DNA from: Camelus ferus
Taxonomy: Eukaryota
DNA: 64,000 bases
Assembly: GCF_009834535.1 (NCBI RefSeq)
Contig: NC_045697.1
Coordinates: 2,110,001 to 2,174,000, forward strand
Direction: 5' to 3'
This document shows, one piece after another, positions 31,501 through 41,430 of the stretch (positions are counted from its first letter, which is position 1; the number at the start of each line of letters is the position of its first letter). Under the pieces are notes generated by a model that was given only the letters and a program-made list of their open reading frames with translations, did no database searches and had not been told where the DNA came from. Made by a program: the position numbers and the translations under genes.

Positions 31501-34500
31501 TCTGTCCTGGGGGGAGGTCTTCCTGACCAGGCCTGTCCCCGGGGTCCTGACCCCCATTGCTGGGCGGCTGTCCCAGTGAGAGGAGTGTGGGCTGAGGAAC
31601 AGAACCATCTGCAGAATGAGTGAGCGCTGCTGGGGACGTCAGGAGCCCCACCCAGCTAGGTGTCGGCACCCCCACCGCCTCTGAGGGGCCCTGTGACTCC
31701 CCTGCGTCCAGGAACCCAGACAAGGACGAGAGGCCCTGGTGCTACGTGGTGAAGGACAGCACGCTCTCCTGGGAGTACTGCCGCCTGGCCGCCTGCGGTT
31801 CGCAGATGGGCGGGGTCGGCGGGGTCGGGAGGAGCAGGGTCGGGGCGGCACTGGCTTTGCCCCGACCGAGGTCACGCAGTTTCCCCCACTCCCTGGGCCC
31901 TCCTCACCCCACCCCATGCCTGAGAGAGGGGGAAACTGAGGGTCCCCAGAACAGGGCTGGTCCAAGGCCATGCAGTGGGCTGGCACCAGAGGTCAGAGCG
32001 GGCAAGCTGGTCACCAGGTCCTCTGGGTGGCCCACCTAACCTGTCTCAGGGGCAGGGTGGCCTCCAGAAACAGGGAAGTGCAGGTGGGGGTGAAAAATAT
32101 GGGTGCCCCTGGAGTCAGACCCTGGGAGTGGGCAGCTTCATGAGGCCAGCCTGTCCTCTGGCCACAGACCCCAGGGCTCCCTGACTGTCCTGGGCATCCT
32201 GGGTGGGCTCTGGGATCCCAGGCTGCTGGGGGGTCATAAACACCTGCCAGGTATGCCAGTTCACTCTGGTTCCCACCAAGCCTCGTGACTGCATACGGTC
32301 TCCCCATCTTGCAGATGAGGAAACTGAGGTTCAGAGTAAGTCACGTGCCCACAAGGGCAGCACTGAGCCCAAGCCCTGGACCCTCTTCCACAGCAGCTGC
32401 CTAGGGTGGGGCGGAAGGCGGGTGAACCGCCAGGTCCTGAGGACATGGGATGCAGCCAGGACCCTCTTTGGCCTGGGGTGTGCGGAAGGAGCCCAGGGGT
32501 GTGATCTGGTGACCTCTGCTCCCAGAATCCCTGGCCAGAATTCAACCCCCGCCCCCTGAGGTCTTGCTGTCTGAGCCCCCCGTAGCTGGATCAGCTGGAC
32601 GCCAGACCTGCGGCAAGAGGCACAAGAAGAGGAGCTTCCTGCGGCCACGCATCATTGGCGGCTCGTCCTCGCTGCCTGGCTCGCACCCCTGGCTGGCCGC
32701 CATCTACATCGGGAACAGCTTCTGTGCCGGGAGCCTTGTCCACACCTGCTGGGTGGTGTCTGCAGCCCACTGCTTTTCCAACAGGTGAGCTGCTCCCACC
32801 CCAGTGTCCACCACCCCCACATCATCCCTCAAACCACCACTTTTCCGCCCACAACCATCTATGCCTCCACCCACCCAACCGGCCATACACCATCATCCAT
32901 TGCACATCTTTCCAGGCTCCACCCGCCACCCATCTACCCACCCATATGCCTATCCTGACCATCACCCATGTGCCCCCACTGTTTCCCACCTACCCGTGTA
33001 AACCCCGTCCTTTGGTCCCTTTTGTTCCCGGTTGCCCCCTGACTCAGGTGGGACTCAGCGCTCAGCCCGGTGCTGGGCATGGAGGCCGCCAAGACCTGCC
33101 CCATTCTTATCCCAGGGTGCTGTCCCCGTCCCTGTCCCTGCCCTGGGTCGCCGCTCTGTCCCAGTCTTTGCCCCGGGAGCGCCCGGTTTGCCGCTCAGAG
33201 CAAGACGGGGCGGCGCGCGTGCGCGAAGCAGAGGCGGTGGGCGTGAGCAGTCGCCGCGCAGGGGCCGCCCCTTCCGGCCCCGGCCCCGCCCACGCCGTGC
33301 TAATGGTACCAGGGTTGCAGGTAGTCAAGGCCCCTCGCGACCTGCGGGCTCTTGGTGGGGAAGGCAGGCTGGGGCTAGCAGCTGGGGGAGGGGTCAGGGT
33401 TGCGAGGACCGCCACCACAACCCGAGGGCCAGGGCCAACGGGCTCAGAGCAGGACAGGCCAGCCCATCCCTCGCTCCTACCGCAGTGATGGGAGCAAGGC
33501 TCTGCCGGGGGAGGGCTCCCCGGAGTTGGGGTGGGGGCTTCGGTGGGAGGGGATGGGCCTGACAGTGGCATCCCAGGGATCAGGGCTCCGGAAGGACGGA
33601 GGAGCCCGACAGTGAGCCCCATCAATCACCCCAGAGACTACAGCTTGGGGGCGGGGGAGGGGGTGGCAGCCATCACAAGTGCTGCCCCGTGCTGACCATT
33701 GTGTGACCTGCAGCGCGCTCCCACTCGGCTGTGAAATGGGACCTACAAAGACCTCCACAGTGTGGAATGAGAGGGGGGTGGTTAAGAGGCTGGAGGAGGG
33801 GAGCAGGCATCCTCTCCCCACCTCCAGGGAGGGGCTGGGGAGAGGCCAAGCTGGGTTGGAGTACCCACTCCCTTTGGGCCGGACCCCAGCATACTGGTCC
33901 CAGGTCTGGGTCAAGCAGGGCTGGTGGAAGTGGATGGACCAGGGCCTTCATGGTCAGGTGGAGGGTGAGGGAAGGGCCCAGGCTCCTGGACACCCAGGCG
34001 ACTTCACAGGAGGGTGTGCTCCTGGACCTGCATGAGGGCCCCAGGTTATTAATTCACTTGTTGTGTTGGAGGTGGTGCTGCCCCGGATTAAGGGTGTGGC
34101 CCTAGCCCACTGCTCCCCATCACACTCCGGCCCATCCCCCGACCCCTGCTCAGGTCTCTCCTGGGGCTGGGGCTGAGAGGGAGGGTCCTGCACGGCATCT
34201 CCCACCTGGGGTTGTCTCCTGGATGCTCTGCCACCATGGGTAGGGGGCGAGCTGAACTCAGGGGCCGGAGGGGATGGCCGGGCCATGCAGCCACCAGCGC
34301 CCCTGCACAGCCCCCCCAGGGACAGCATCTCCGTGGTCCTGGGACAACACTTCTTCAACCACACGACTGACGTGACCCAGACGTTTGGCATAGAGAAGTA
34401 CATCCCATACCCCCTGTACTCAGTGTTCAACCCCAGTGACCATGACCTTGGTGAGACTCGGAACGCGTTGCGGTGCAGCAGGGTGCGGATGTGTGCTCTG

Positions 34501-36543
34501 TGCACACTGGGGCGGAGCCACGAAAGAGGCTGGGAGTGGGCACCAGGCAGGCCCAGAAGAGTCCTCAGACCCTAAAGGGGCCTGATAGAGGGAGAGGGAG
34601 GGGAAGAAGAGACAGAGCAGGGAGGAGAGGGAGGAGGGTGGAGGGAAGGGTGCAGGGGAGGAGGGAGGAAGGCAGGGAGGAGGACAGCACGGGTTTGGAC
34701 AGCAAGGGTGCCCCATGTGACAGAGCGATCTTGGCCTGGCCAGGGGAAGCCCTGGCCCGCCAGCCTTGCTGAGCCCTTGGCTGGTCCTCTGGTCCCCTCC
34801 TGGGTCTCCTAGGCCACAGCCCCTCTGCCCAGCAAGGCTGCACCCCCATGTGACTCGATGGCCACCCTCTGTCCTCCTGGGCCCCCATGACACAGGCTGA
34901 CCTCTGGCCTCTCTCCCGCCTAGTCCTGATCCGGCTGGAGAAGAAGGGGGAACGCTGTGCTGTCCGCTCCCAGTTCGTCCAGCCCATCTGCCTCCCTGAG
35001 CCCGGCAGCTCCTTCCCAGCTGGACACAAGTGCCAGATTGCAGGCTGGGGCCACCAGGATGAGAGTGAGTGGGTCTGGGGCAGGGGGCTGTCGTCACGCC
35101 CAGGGGAGCAGGCCCAGCACCCGTGAGCCTCACCCAGCCTGAGAGCACCGTGTCAGCAGACGTGAGCGGCTACTCCAGCTCGCTGCGGGAGGCACTGGTC
35201 CCCTTGGTCGCTGACCACAAGTGCAGCAGCCCTGAGGTATATGGGGCAGACATCAGCCCCAACATGCTGTGCGCTGGATACTTCGACTGCAGGTCGGATG
35301 CCTGCCAGGTGAGCTGGGACAGCCTGCCCCTGAGTTGCTCAGAGCCCAGAGGGACAGGACCTGTAGGGCCAGCCTGGAGTCAGGGCAGAAAGCCAACCTT
35401 CCAGTTGGTGGCCATCCCCCCAGAATGGGTGCTCACTGCTGTGGGAGGCCACTTGGTCACTGCTGGAGGCCCTGCTCGCAGGGACTGGGAGTGAGGCCAG
35501 GGAGGGCCAGGTCACGAACACCAGGCAGGTCCCAGCTGCCCAGCCACGCGACGTCAAGGCCAAATCTCTTTTCTCCCAGGGTTCTCCCAAGTGCGCTCAG
35601 TCGATCAGCTGATCCCAGTAGCTCATTTATCAAGCACTCCTCCAGGGGCTGCATGTCAATGCTGAGAGAGAGAAGCTGCTTTACTCCCCATTTTATAGGT
35701 GGGGAAACTGAGGCCAGGCCCAGAGGGGTCTGCTCACTCTTCCCAGGTCATACAGCCCAGAAGTGGCAAGGAGTAGGGTACAGCCCACCCCTTGAACCAC
35801 GTGGTACAGCAAGTGCCCTTGGGGGGGAAGTCAAGGATGGCTTCACAGAGGAGGAGGAGGCATTTGCACGTGTCCTGAGGGGTGAATAGTTTTCCAGGGG
35901 CTGAGGAGAGCATTTCAAGTGGAGAGTAGCCTGTGGGGGAACCCAGGGCCACCTGGTCTCTGTGGGGTGCATGCTGCTGGGTGGTGAGGGGAGCCAGACT
36001 GAGGAAGACGTTGCTGGTCATGGAAGCAGGAGGGAACCACCGCAGGACTTTAGGAATGGGAATGACTGGTCAGATGCTGTCACAGCATCCTGGGAATGGG
36101 AGGACTTCCTGTCTATGAGGCTGGGGGAAGGTGGGGCAGGCCCCTTCCTTGGAATACCTGTGTCATCTGTCCCCCAAGCTGTCGGGAAGCCACCTTGTCA
36201 GCTGCCAGGGAGTCTGTCACAGGGGAGCGTCTGACTCTTCTGCGCCCTTGACTCCTCTGGGGGCATTTTCGGGGTCGGGGTGAGGGAGGCTGGGGCGAGG
36301 GGGCAGGGACTATTCGGGAGTGTTGAGGAGCTGGCCCGGCTCTGACTAGCCACCGTGCAGGGGGACTCAGGCGGGCCCCTGGCCTGTGAGAAGAATGGCG
36401 TGTCCTACCTGTACGGTGTCATCAGCTGGGGTGACGGCTGCGGGCGGCTCAACAAACCGGGCGTCTACACCCGCGTGGCCAACTACGTGCACTGGATCAA
36501 TGACCGGATTTGGCCCCCTAAGCGGCCTGTGAATCCCTCCTGA
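28447..36543 (+). CDS. HGFAC: Hepatocyte growth factor activator, complete, 657 aa: join(28447-28563,29122-29302,29461-29557,29783-29862,30576-30698,30785-30916,31076-31186,31275-31449,31712-31797,32526-32784,34311-34450,34924-35064,35160-35308,36361-36543)
   Basis: 1974-nt open spliced frame: signal peptide, FN2, EGF, FN1, EGF, kringle, activation site PR|IIGG, catalytic AAHC / DHDLVLI / GDSGGP. Confidence 0.98.
28498..28530 (+). repeat. (CTG)11 coding repeat giving poly-Leu in the HGFAC signal peptide
   Basis: Direct reading, uninterrupted. Confidence 0.97.
29122..29302 (+). CDS. HGFAC: HGFAC exon 2, Pro/Thr-rich region
   Basis: cttcctag| acceptor; CAG|gtgggt donor; 181 nt. Confidence 0.92.
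29461..29557 (+). CDS. HGFAC: HGFAC exon 3, FN2 first half
   Basis: [10 protein letters not shown]; cagcag| acceptor; GTG|gtgggt donor. Confidence 0.94.
29628..29675 (+). mobile_element. L2 3' tail with (TGAA)6
   Basis: agcctggcacacagcaggtg followed by (tgaa)n. Confidence 0.65.
29783..29862 (+). CDS. HGFAC: HGFAC exon 4, FN2 second half
   Basis: [16 protein letters not shown]. Confidence 0.95.
30576..30698 (+). CDS. HGFAC: HGFAC exon 5, EGF1
   Basis: [14 protein letters not shown]...C-C-FTGKDC. Confidence 0.95.
30785..30916 (+). CDS. HGFAC: HGFAC exon 6, FN1
   Basis: [12 protein letters not shown]...[10 protein letters not shown]. Confidence 0.95.
31076..31186 (+). CDS. HGFAC: HGFAC exon 7, EGF2
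   Basis: [12 protein letters not shown]...[12 protein letters not shown]. Confidence 0.95.
31275..31449 (+). CDS. HGFAC: HGFAC exon 8, kringle first half
   Basis: [11 protein letters not shown]...CLAWN...HAYCR. Confidence 0.95.
31712..31797 (+). CDS. HGFAC: HGFAC exon 9, kringle second half
   Basis: [12 protein letters not shown]...WEYCRLAAC; weak donor GCG|gttcgc. Confidence 0.94.
32295..32355 (-). mobile_element. MIR core fragment
   Basis: ccccatcttgcagatgaggaaactgaggttcagag. Confidence 0.7.
32526..32784 (+). CDS. HGFAC: HGFAC exon 10, linker, activation site and catalytic His
   Basis: [18 protein letters not shown]...VSAAHCF. Confidence 0.96.
32800..33000 (+). repeat. Degenerate CAC/CATC low-complexity tract
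   Basis: G-poor repetition of ccac/catc units. Confidence 0.55.
34311..34450 (+). CDS. HGFAC: HGFAC exon 11, catalytic Asp
   Basis: VVLGQHFFN...NPSDHDL. Confidence 0.96.
34924..35064 (+). CDS. HGFAC: HGFAC exon 12
   Basis: LIRL...VQPICLP...CQIAGWG. Confidence 0.96.
35160..35308 (+). CDS. HGFAC: HGFAC exon 13
   Basis: [12 protein letters not shown]...NMLCAGY...DACQ. Confidence 0.95.
35680..35790 (-). mobile_element. MIR fragment
   Basis: cccattttataggtggggaaactgaggcc...cccaggtcatacagc. Confidence 0.7.
36361..36543 (+). CDS. HGFAC: HGFAC exon 14, catalytic Ser and stop
   Basis: GDSGGPLAC...KPGVYTRV...TGA. Confidence 0.96.
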   Translation, partial: GDSGGPLACEKNGVSYLYGVISWGDGCGRLNKPGVYTRVANYVHWINDRIWPPKRPVNPS

Positions 36544-36592
36544 GACCCCCCCTGGGAGCATCCTGCCTCCATGCTGTTCCCTCCTCACTGGC

Positions 36593-36598
36593 AATAAA
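36593..36598 (+). terminator. HGFAC poly(A) signal (very short 3' UTR)
   Basis: AATAAA about 50 nt after the stop. Confidence 0.85.
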
Positions 36599-37039
36599 GC
36601 TGTTTCCAAGACCCCCCACACTGCCTGTCCCGCTGCCCCCAGCTCAGCCCAACTTTGTAGATGACGTGGCCTCAGGGCTGGGGACCCGGAGCCAGCACCC
36701 CAGCTGCCCTCCCTCTGTGGGGAAGGGAGCCTGCCACCCGACCTGGGGAGTTAGGGCAGGGGCTCCAATCTGGACTCTCTCCAGAGTAGGAACTGTCTCC
36801 AGCCCGACCCCTCTCAGGCCCTCCCCCAGGCAAGTGGGGCTCAGGTCCAGGCACACTGGGGTGTCCCAGGGCAGGGGATGTTAAAACTTAAGACAGGTTT
36901 CTTGGAAACACCCCTGGCCAGCATTTTGCTTCAAGAAGGCAGCCTGGCCTCAGCCATGTTTTCTAGGAGGTGAAACTGAAGGAGACCAGGGGAATGGAGG
37001 GTGGTGGGTTGCACCAGACAGGACCTTGTGGGGAAGGAA

Positions 37040-37160
37040 TCTGAAGTGCCCAGAGGGTCCACAATCTCAAGGCAGCAGGAGCAGCACATGCAAAGGTCCT
37101 GAGGCAGGGGCTGGTGGTGGCTTATTTGCTCAAAATAGAGAAGTGTGGCTGAGGCCAAAG
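37040..37160 (-). mobile_element. L2 fragment
   Basis: cagcacatgcaaaggtcctgaggcagg. Confidence 0.6.
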
Positions 37161-38769
37161 AGGGTGGGATGGTGGGGGGTGATGGGCTGCAGTGAGGTGC
37201 TGGGGGTGCCCTAAGGGTCCCTGATGGGACAGCAGGGTGGAGATGTGATGACATTTGCAGTCAGGAAAAGAGGCAGGGCAGAGGGGCGCCCAGAACTGGG
37301 TGCCTTGGGAGCTGGGAGCTCTGGTCTCTGGGACAGGCAAGAAGAAGGTGGCATTCAGTGTGTCCCAGTGCCACCCTTCCCACTGCAGGATGGGCCCTCT
37401 GCCCAGAGCAGCCCCAAGGGCAGGGGCCCTTCTCCTCAGTCTGCACTCACCTCTCCTGCTCCTGGACCCACAGGCCTCCTTCTCTCCTGTATCTCCACAG
37501 CCCCCACCTGGACCAGGTCTCGCCACCTCTCCTGGGTGACATGCCAGGGTTTCTCCATGTTCCTTCCCCCCACCCCCGACCTTGGAGCCTCCCCTCATCT
37601 CTGTTCGGTCTGACTCCGCCTGCTTGCAGCCCCTCTTCTGCCCACCCTGTTCCCGGACTATGCTCCGGCCGCTGTGGTCTCCTGGTGTTGCTGAAGCTGA
37701 CCAGGCCCTTGCTCACGCGGCTCCCACTGCTGCTGAGAGTCTTCTCAGCCACACTGCTCCTCCTCTTCACTCAGCCACTTGGATGCACCTTCCCCGCATC
37801 ACTCTCCACCGTCACGCAGCTCTCAGCCCGGTCTCAGGGCTGTGTTCGGAGCCTGCCTGATGTGGCTGGGGCGGGAGAGCTTTGTTTCCATCACGTAGCG
37901 GGGAGTCCCACGCTCAGCCACGTGCTGACATTGGTTTGCCGTTGACACCCGTCCCTTTGTCAGGAGAGGAAGTGTCTCCGTAGAGCCCTCTTCTCCAGCA
38001 GATTGGCACGTAGCTCTCGTTGGCCTGCGTTGGGTCACAGGGCCACACCTCACAGCAGAGGAGGCTGGGGAGGGGGGGACAGGATTGCTGTGACAGAATC
38101 AGACAAATCACCAGGGACGTGCGGTGCCCCCAGCAAAGCCAGAGGAAGAGAGCAGGGTGCTGGGAGGGCAACAGTGTGTGTGCCCGTTGCCCCAAGTGCC
38201 GTAGGTGGGGCTCAGAACCCTGAAGCAGACTGGGGCTCGCCCCACGTTGACCGCAGCCAGGGCGACAGAGGCTGGTGCCCACGCCACGGGAGGATGGCGG
38301 GCGGGACAGCTCCCGCTCAGGAATCCGGGCTCTGAGCGCCTGTTCTTGGCCTCCGGGAGCCTCGCTGCTTCAGCCCCGCCGCAGCCTTTGCCCGGTGTGA
38401 GCCCTCCCGGACCCCTGCCCTGTGGGTGTTGAGTGTGGATCTGTTAGAGGTGACTGCGGTTATAGACTGTCTGACGTCGAGCCAACCTGGCATTCCTGGA
38501 GCGAGCCGTGCTGAATCAGTGGCAGCCAGCTGCCTTCTATTTGCGTCTTAAGATTCCTCCCACACTGCCCTCCCCAGGCCCAGAAGTTACACTTTTATGA
38601 ATTTATTTGTCTCCATTTTCACAGTTATTGTCATAAGCCGCCTTGTGTTATCTCATCCGAAACGTATCAAACTGCCCTCACACACATCTGCTCACCTGAT
38701 CATCACAGCATCGGCTGGAAAAGGAAACTGAGGCTAGAGAAGTCGTGTGACAGTCCAAGTTCACTTGGG

Positions 38770-39185
38770 CAGGGGCAGTGTATGGTGGCAGGTCCTGTGG
38801 CCGCAGGGCCAGTGATGGGGTGACAGCGCTCTGTGGCCACGGGGTCTGCTAGTGGTGGCAGCGTCCCTGGCCCTGATGCCCAGCAGCAGCGCCTGTGGCT
38901 GTGTATCGGCCAGTGGTACAGCTCTGACCCGTGGTCATGGGCTTCTTGGAGGTAGGCAGCCGCCCCACGCCCACGGAGACCAGCTGCGCAGTGGTGCAGG
39001 GCTGGGCAGCGTCCAGTCTCAGCGATGAGGCTGTGCTTCCCCGCAGCCCTGCCTCTGCAGCTCCCACTGGATCTCCAACCTCCCCTGGGTTCTTCCAGAG
39101 GCCTGACCTTCTCCCAGCAAATTCTTTCCCGCTTCAGTGACCAGAGTCGGTTTCTGCTACTTGCAACCAGTAACTCGGGCTACAG
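38770..39185 (+). mobile_element. LTR33/LTR16-like ERVL LTR relic
   Basis: 3' end aaattctttcccgcttcagtgaccagagtcggtttctgctacttgcaacc. Confidence 0.5.
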
Positions 39186-39199
39186 CAGCCGGGGAAACT

Positions 39200-39545
39200 G
39201 TCTGAGCAGGCTCTGGCTGCTGTAACAAAAAGACCATAGACTGCCAGACTGAAACAACAATGAGATTTGCTTCTCACAGCTCTGGAGGCTGGAGGTCAGA
39301 GATCAGGGCGCCAGCACGGTCGGGGCCTGGTGAGAGCTCTCTTCCAGGTGTGCAGACGACTGCCTTCTTGCTGTGTCCTCAGTGGTGGGGAGAGCACATC
39401 CCTCATGTCTCTTCTTACAAGGACACTAATCCAGTCATGGGGACACTGCTCTCATGACCTGATCACCTCCCAAAGGCCCCACCTCATGATACTAACCCAC
39501 TGGGGGTTGGGCTTCCACATGACTTTGGGGAGGGGGTGGATAAAC
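39200..39545 (-). mobile_element. MLT1A-like solo LTR
   Basis: ggctgctgtaacaaaa...tctcacagctctggaggctgg...tcacctcccaaaggccccacctc. Confidence 0.8.
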
Positions 39546-41056
39546 AAATATTTGGTGGACAGCAGGAACTTAGTAGAGAGGCCTGGAGCCCACCCAGGGG
39601 CTGGGAGTGGGAGCTGGGCAGGAAGATCGCCCTGCCTCTGAGGGGCGGGGGAGGGGTGCTGTCCATCCTGCAGCAGCCCGCATTTTCCGGGGCTGGTGCG
39701 GGAGCAGGTGCAGCTGCCGGGCGTGGCAGGAGCCGGGGGTAGGGCCAGCACTCGGGAATGCAGCAGGGCACTGCCTCTCCCTGCAGGGCTGACCAAGTGC
39801 CAGGCACCCGGGGCGGCAGATGTGTTGGTGGCCACAGCCCCCAGCCGCCACTCGGCTCCACGCCGGCTGTCCTGGGCCAGCCCCTGGGGGCCTGAGATGT
39901 GTGGGGAACATGAATGGGGCTCTGTGGCTGGGCAACTGCTCAGAGGAAGGCGGCTGGTGATGGCGCAGGTGACGCCGGGGGAGGGGGGTAGAGGAGGGGA
40001 CACAGAGCTGCTCCCGGGGGCCCAGCGTGATCCTGCTGTGCATTCGGCCCTGGCAAGACCCCCAGGGCGTCAGAACCAAGCTTGCTGCCCACCAGGGACC
40101 TGTCCTCTCAGATCCCCAGGGACAGTGGGGAGGAGGTGCCCAGGATGGTGGCTCCGCCTGCCCCCACGGCTCCTTGCCCAGCACTGGGTGCAGCAGCTGT
40201 GGGTCAGTTCTGGAGGTTCCCACAGCTCTGAGCGTTGGTTCCTTCTCTGTGAGAAGCAAGATCTTGACCAGATGGAGACACACACATGCCCGACCAGGGT
40301 TTTTGGGGAACAGGACCCCGCTTAGCCCTCCCCTCTCCTCCCAGCCGCAGTGTCAGCCCCGTGAGGATGGCTCTCAAGTGGGGTGCGTCACTTCTCCCTC
40401 TTTCCTCATCTTGTTGTGCTCCCTGAAGGAGTGAGTGTTGGAAGCTGTCTTAGAGACGGCGGCTGAAGTCCGAGATGTGTACCTGCTGGGTCCCCCAAAC
40501 CATCTGGGCTCCAAAAGAATCCAGGCAGCTGGGCTGGAGCTACAAGGAGGAGCGGGGGAGGCCCAGAAGCTCAGCGCCCCCACTCCAGCCCTGCTCCGGG
40601 GGCTCCGGGGGGACCTTTACAGAGCAGCCATCCTTACCTGGAGGGTCAGCTAGCTCTCAGCCCTGGCGGGAGGGGCATCAGACACGGAGACGCAGGCACC
40701 ATGGTGTGCGCGTGTCCTGGGTCCCATTCTCCACCCAGCATGAACCTGCACTTGGGGTCCCTGCTTCCAAGGGACATGAGTGGACCCCCCTCCAGCACCC
40801 TGCCTGGGGAGGGGGGTGTCTGGGGGGAGAGGAGGTGGGGGGAGGGGCTGGGGGTCGGCAGGGTCCGGCCAGGGTCAGCTCGCCGTCAGTCTGTTGTCAG
40901 TGGTGTCTGACAGACAGCTCAGGGGTGGTGGGAGGGACAGGTGCCAGAGGGTGAAACCAACTTGGCTGCAGACACACTTTGAAGTTGGCAAGCGCCCCCA
41001 CACGGATGCCCTCTTTCTGTCGGTTGTTTCCTTTGCGTTTGGGAGGGAAGCACCTG

Positions 41057-41073
41057 CCCCCCCCCCCCCCCCC
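41057..41073 (+). repeat. C17 homopolymer upstream of the DOK7 promoter
   Basis: Direct reading. Confidence 0.9.
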
Positions 41074-41376
41074 GTCCTCCCGGCCACTGGGACGAGCAGT
41101 GCCGGCGCCCCAGGCTGTGCTTCGCTCGTGGCGGGGTGGGGTGGGCGGTGGGGAGGCTCAGGTGGCCCCAGGTGCCGCCGCGCCCCGCCGCCGGGGCGGG
41201 GCGCCGGGCGGGGAGGGACGGGCGGGCGCGCACCTCGGCCCCGCCCGCGCGCCGCCGCGCCCGCCCCGCGGCCCAGCCCAGGGCCCTCCCGGAGCTATTT
41301 TGAAAGTGACCCTAGGCCGGGCGGCCGCGGGGCGGCGGGGAGAGGCGCGGCGGGCGCGCGGGCACCATGACAGAAG

Positions 41377-41430
41377 ATGACCGAGGCGGCGCTGGTGGAG
41401 GGCCAGGTCAAGCTGCGGGACGGCAAGAAG
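41377..41430 (+). CDS. DOK7: DOK7 exon 1 coding part
   Basis: 54 nt; AAG|gtcggg donor. Confidence 0.95.

Noticed and set aside
41294..41306. MEF2 site in the DOK7 promoter (CTATTTTGAA)
   Set aside because: Misses the YTA(W)4TAR consensus at the 3' end; may be only a TATA-like AT patch
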